A stretch of DNA of 64,000 nt from Dictyostelium fasciculatum (lineage: Eukaryota). The notes under the pieces are model-generated. The model worked only from the letters and a program-made list of their open reading frames with translations. It made no database searches and had not been told where the DNA came from. Positions 61,226 to 64,000 of the stretch are shown in pieces. Positions within the stretch are counted from its first letter, which is position 1. Every line of letters begins with the position of its first letter. A program made the position numbers and the translations under genes. The DNA lies in the NCBI RefSeq assembly GCF_000203815.1, contig NW_004457624.1, positions 3,058,354-3,122,353 of the forward strand, in the 5' to 3' direction.

Positions 61226-64000
61226 TTAATGATCAATTCTAATATGAGGATATTCTTGAGATAGATCATAAGCAATTTGGGAGGTAATTTTTTCACAACC
61301 ATAACAAGATATTCTACGTATAATTTGACAATGAGAGATAATGGTGGCAATATGACGTTTTTCAAGTGTCTTGTGATTGGAAATATTGAGTTCATAGAGA
61401 TTGGTAAAGAGCTTTAGGTATTGGTTTAGAATGTTGTCATTAAATTCAACAACAATACATCTATCGGTATGGATATAGGTGACAGCCGACAAGGAAAGGC
61501 ATTCTACTAGAGGTGTAAGACACATAAATTCTTGTAAACTCTCGTAGCCAACTGTACACATGGTCAAGTCCAACCATTTAACCTTTGATAGTGGACTTTC
61601 AGCAATGGTTTCATTATTGTCAATTAGTTCTTTGTGAACTTTAATTAGGTAGGGAAGATGAGATGATGGTGGTAGACGAAGATGTTCAAGGTTTGGTAAT
61701 TTTCTTAAATAACTCCAAAGTAATTGACCATCTCCTTTGAATCTTGGTAGATGAAGTGCTTTGAGTGATGGAGAAGCAAAGTTGGATAGAGCTTGAACTG
61801 TTTGATCATCTCCACAATTTGTTTGATCCAAATATAATGATACAATTGATTGAGATGTTTGTTCCAATGCTTCAATAGAGCTTGAATCTGCCGATGTTGA
61901 AGATAAATCCAATAATTTGACAATTCTTAGATTTGAAAGAATCTCTGTTAATACAGGAGCAGTGAATCTTGTACGAATCAACATGAGTACTTCCAATTCT
62001 GATGCCATTTTAACGATTTGTTTACCAGTTTCATCAGTCAAACCATGAAGACTAAGATAAAGTTCTTTTAATTTAATTGGACGACTCGATAGAGATTGTA
62101 AAAGTGGAACGACTCCATTATCATTTACATCATTTGTATAGGAAAGTGAAAGTGAAACAAGATTATCAAGATGAGGTGATAAATCTAATAATGTCTTGTT
62201 TGTAATATAACCTTGACAAATGGATAATTGTTTGAGTTGACCGAATAAATGACCAATACCTTCAAATGATTTATCATCTGTTGCTCGAGCAGAGATGGTA
62301 AGAGAATGTAACATTTTACATTGTAAAAGTATTTCTCGAAGCAAATCAGACATACTAGTAATTGGATGATAAGGATCGATTAAACCATCTGGAATTGGCT
62401 CTGAACCTTTTGGTGTATTTCTAGTATTATCTGTGAAATAACAATCTGTCAATTCCAATGTTGTAAGGAATTTCATTGAAACAGTACTATTTGCAAGAGT
62501 TGGATTAAATGTAATCTTTTTGGCAGACAGTATTAAAATATTTGGTAGATTTTCAAACAGTTGACCAACTGTTTCAGTATCTATGATACGAGCCAAAGAA
62601 AATGGTATTTCAAGTTGAGAGATTTCTCTAACCTGTCCCATTGCCAATTTAATAAAAGTATGAAGAGTACTATCTGGTGGACATTGATCAATCAACATGA
62701 CCATTGATAATAATTCATACAATTTACGTTGTTCAACACCAGTATTGTAAGAATTTGAATGATTATATTTTAGAATAAATGATTTTACTCCGTCGTCGTC
62801 TGAATCTTTTTCATTGTATTCAAATGGAAGAGATTGGTAAAGATAACCTTCAACACTTGAACTATTAATTGAAAGAGCCTTTTCCAATCTTTCTTGAGCC
62901 AAATCCAATTCTTGTTTAAATCTTTGATAATCCAAACCATAAAATAAATAGTGAGTTGCCAATTTTAGATGAATCATACCCCAAACTGCCAATAATTCAC
63001 TATTACTTTCTTGAGAGTGACTACTTGCTTGTTCAATCAATTGACTACCAATACGCAGAAAAGACAATGAATCTTTAATACTTCCAGTACTATTTGCTTT
63101 TAGTAAATAGGTTGAAGCAAGTTTTACAGTTAAACTACCAGATAGTGGAATTGATTTTTGTGCAGTTTTTAATTTGTGTTGAGCCAAATCAATCCAACGT
63201 TGAGCTTGAAGTGGTGGTACTTTATGATTAACCAATAATCTTTGAACTTCATAAATTAATGAATCACCAGCAGCAACATCTATTATAGTTGGATATTTTA
63301 TAGTAGAATCTACATCTTCAATATCGCGAAGGGAGATTACATATTTTTTACTATTTAAAAATTGACTATATGCTACTGGATTAATTCTAATATTTAAAAT
63401 ATAAATTAATCTAATGATTAAAAATTTCATATCAAATGAATTTCTCATATCATAATCTTCTAATAATTCTAAATTATTTAAACTATTTGGGAATACTAAA
63501 AGAGTAAAAATTAAAATTAACCAAGTATTCAAATATTAATTATTTTTTGTTTTTGTTTTTTTTTACCTTTTAATAAAGTAAATTTAAAAGTACCAAAATT
63601 TAAATTTGACCAAAAATCTTTAAATTCATCATGACGATCACGATTTAATAGGATATCGAAAATTTGAGCAACAATTTGACGTGGTTCATCTGATGGACGA
63701 TTTGAATTTTCCAATTTCTCTCTAAAACGAGCACGAATGATTTTCTTGAATGTACGAGCTACCACTTCGGTCATAAAAGTTGATCTAAGAGAACGTTGAG
63801 AAATCTTTTGACAAGCAATACCAAGATATCTAATATTGATACCTTTTGAATGGATTTCATTAATCATACGTAAAACATCATTGTTTTTTTGTTCGTACTG
63901 TTCCTTTTCCCATTCACCAAGGTCTGATGTAGTCGACCTAATATCCTTTGCCAAATGGGTACTTTCAAAGAATAATTGATCAGATGCTTTTTGATCACTA
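61226..64000 (-). CDS. Large repeat protein. Its N-terminal part (with a CLU/TIF31-like motif, GINIRYLG) runs out of the window at the 3' edge. It has a helical TPR-like middle and C-terminal RNI-type leucine-rich repeats. At least 2 exons and the 5' end is not in the window.
   Basis: ORF 63529..63954 (-): ..INEIHSKGINIRYLGIACQKISQRSLRSTFMTEVVARTFKKIIRARFRE.. then an intron (GTACTT..TTTTAG at about 63533..63580). ORF 61226..63532: ..LAQHKLKTAQKS..LAQERLEKAL.. then LRRs (LSLSYTNDVNDNGVVPLLQSL.., LDLSSTSADSSSIEAL.., LHLPRFKGDGQLLWSYLRKLPNLEHLRL). Confidence 0.5.

Noticed and set aside
1-64000. Prokaryotic-style interpretations such as operons, a defence island, CRISPR arrays, integrons or a toxin-antitoxin system.
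   Set aside because: The sequence is clearly eukaryotic: spliceosomal introns with GT..AG and phase-consistent exon joins, more than 80% AT intergenic DNA, poly-N/Q coding tracts, and genes such as SmD3, ATG9, MVP and RME-6. No direct-repeat/spacer array or bacterial gene context is present.

Overview
This 64-kb window is eukaryotic nuclear DNA, almost certainly from a dictyostelid social amoeba. Intergenic regions and introns are more than 80% A+T. Introns are short (about 60-400 nt) and spliceosomal, with GTAAGT/GTATGT donors and TAG acceptors. Poly-N, poly-Q and poly-S coding tracts and many microsatellites are present. It is not a prokaryotic locus, so no operon, defence-island or CRISPR structure applies. 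At least 25 protein-coding genes sit on both strands, most with introns, and I rebuilt their exon structures by hand and checked that codon phases agree across the joins. Confidently recognised genes are CTP synthase, ethanolamine-phosphate cytidylyltransferase, two divergently transcribed major vault protein (MVP) paralogs, SmD3, ATG9, an ABCA half-transporter, a RasGAP+VPS9 (GAPVD1/RME-6-like) protein, cytochrome bc1 subunit 8 and TMEM50/Vps68. Less certain calls are a peptidase C45 protein, a GT23-type fucosyltransferase, a strictosidine-synthase-like protein, an F-box/ankyrin protein, an F-box/LRR protein, a cbEGF membrane protein, a kinase fused to a DUSP-like domain, and a protein ending in a canonical PIP box. 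The most unusual structure is the MVP locus. The two paralogs are head to head and their roughly 360-bp 5' flanks form a near-identical inverted repeat that runs exactly up to each ATG, while the coding regions are old and diverged. The 2-kb spacer also holds a second, nested inverted copy of MVP-B exon 1 and intron 1, plus several hairpin-forming elements. Other notable points are an in-frame TAG at a universally conserved Tyr in an otherwise intact CTP synthase, a kinase-phosphatase fusion whose phosphatase P-loop carries Asp in place of the catalytic Cys, a decayed Ty3/gypsy retroelement fragment, and strong gene-to-gene variation in GC3/codon usage.
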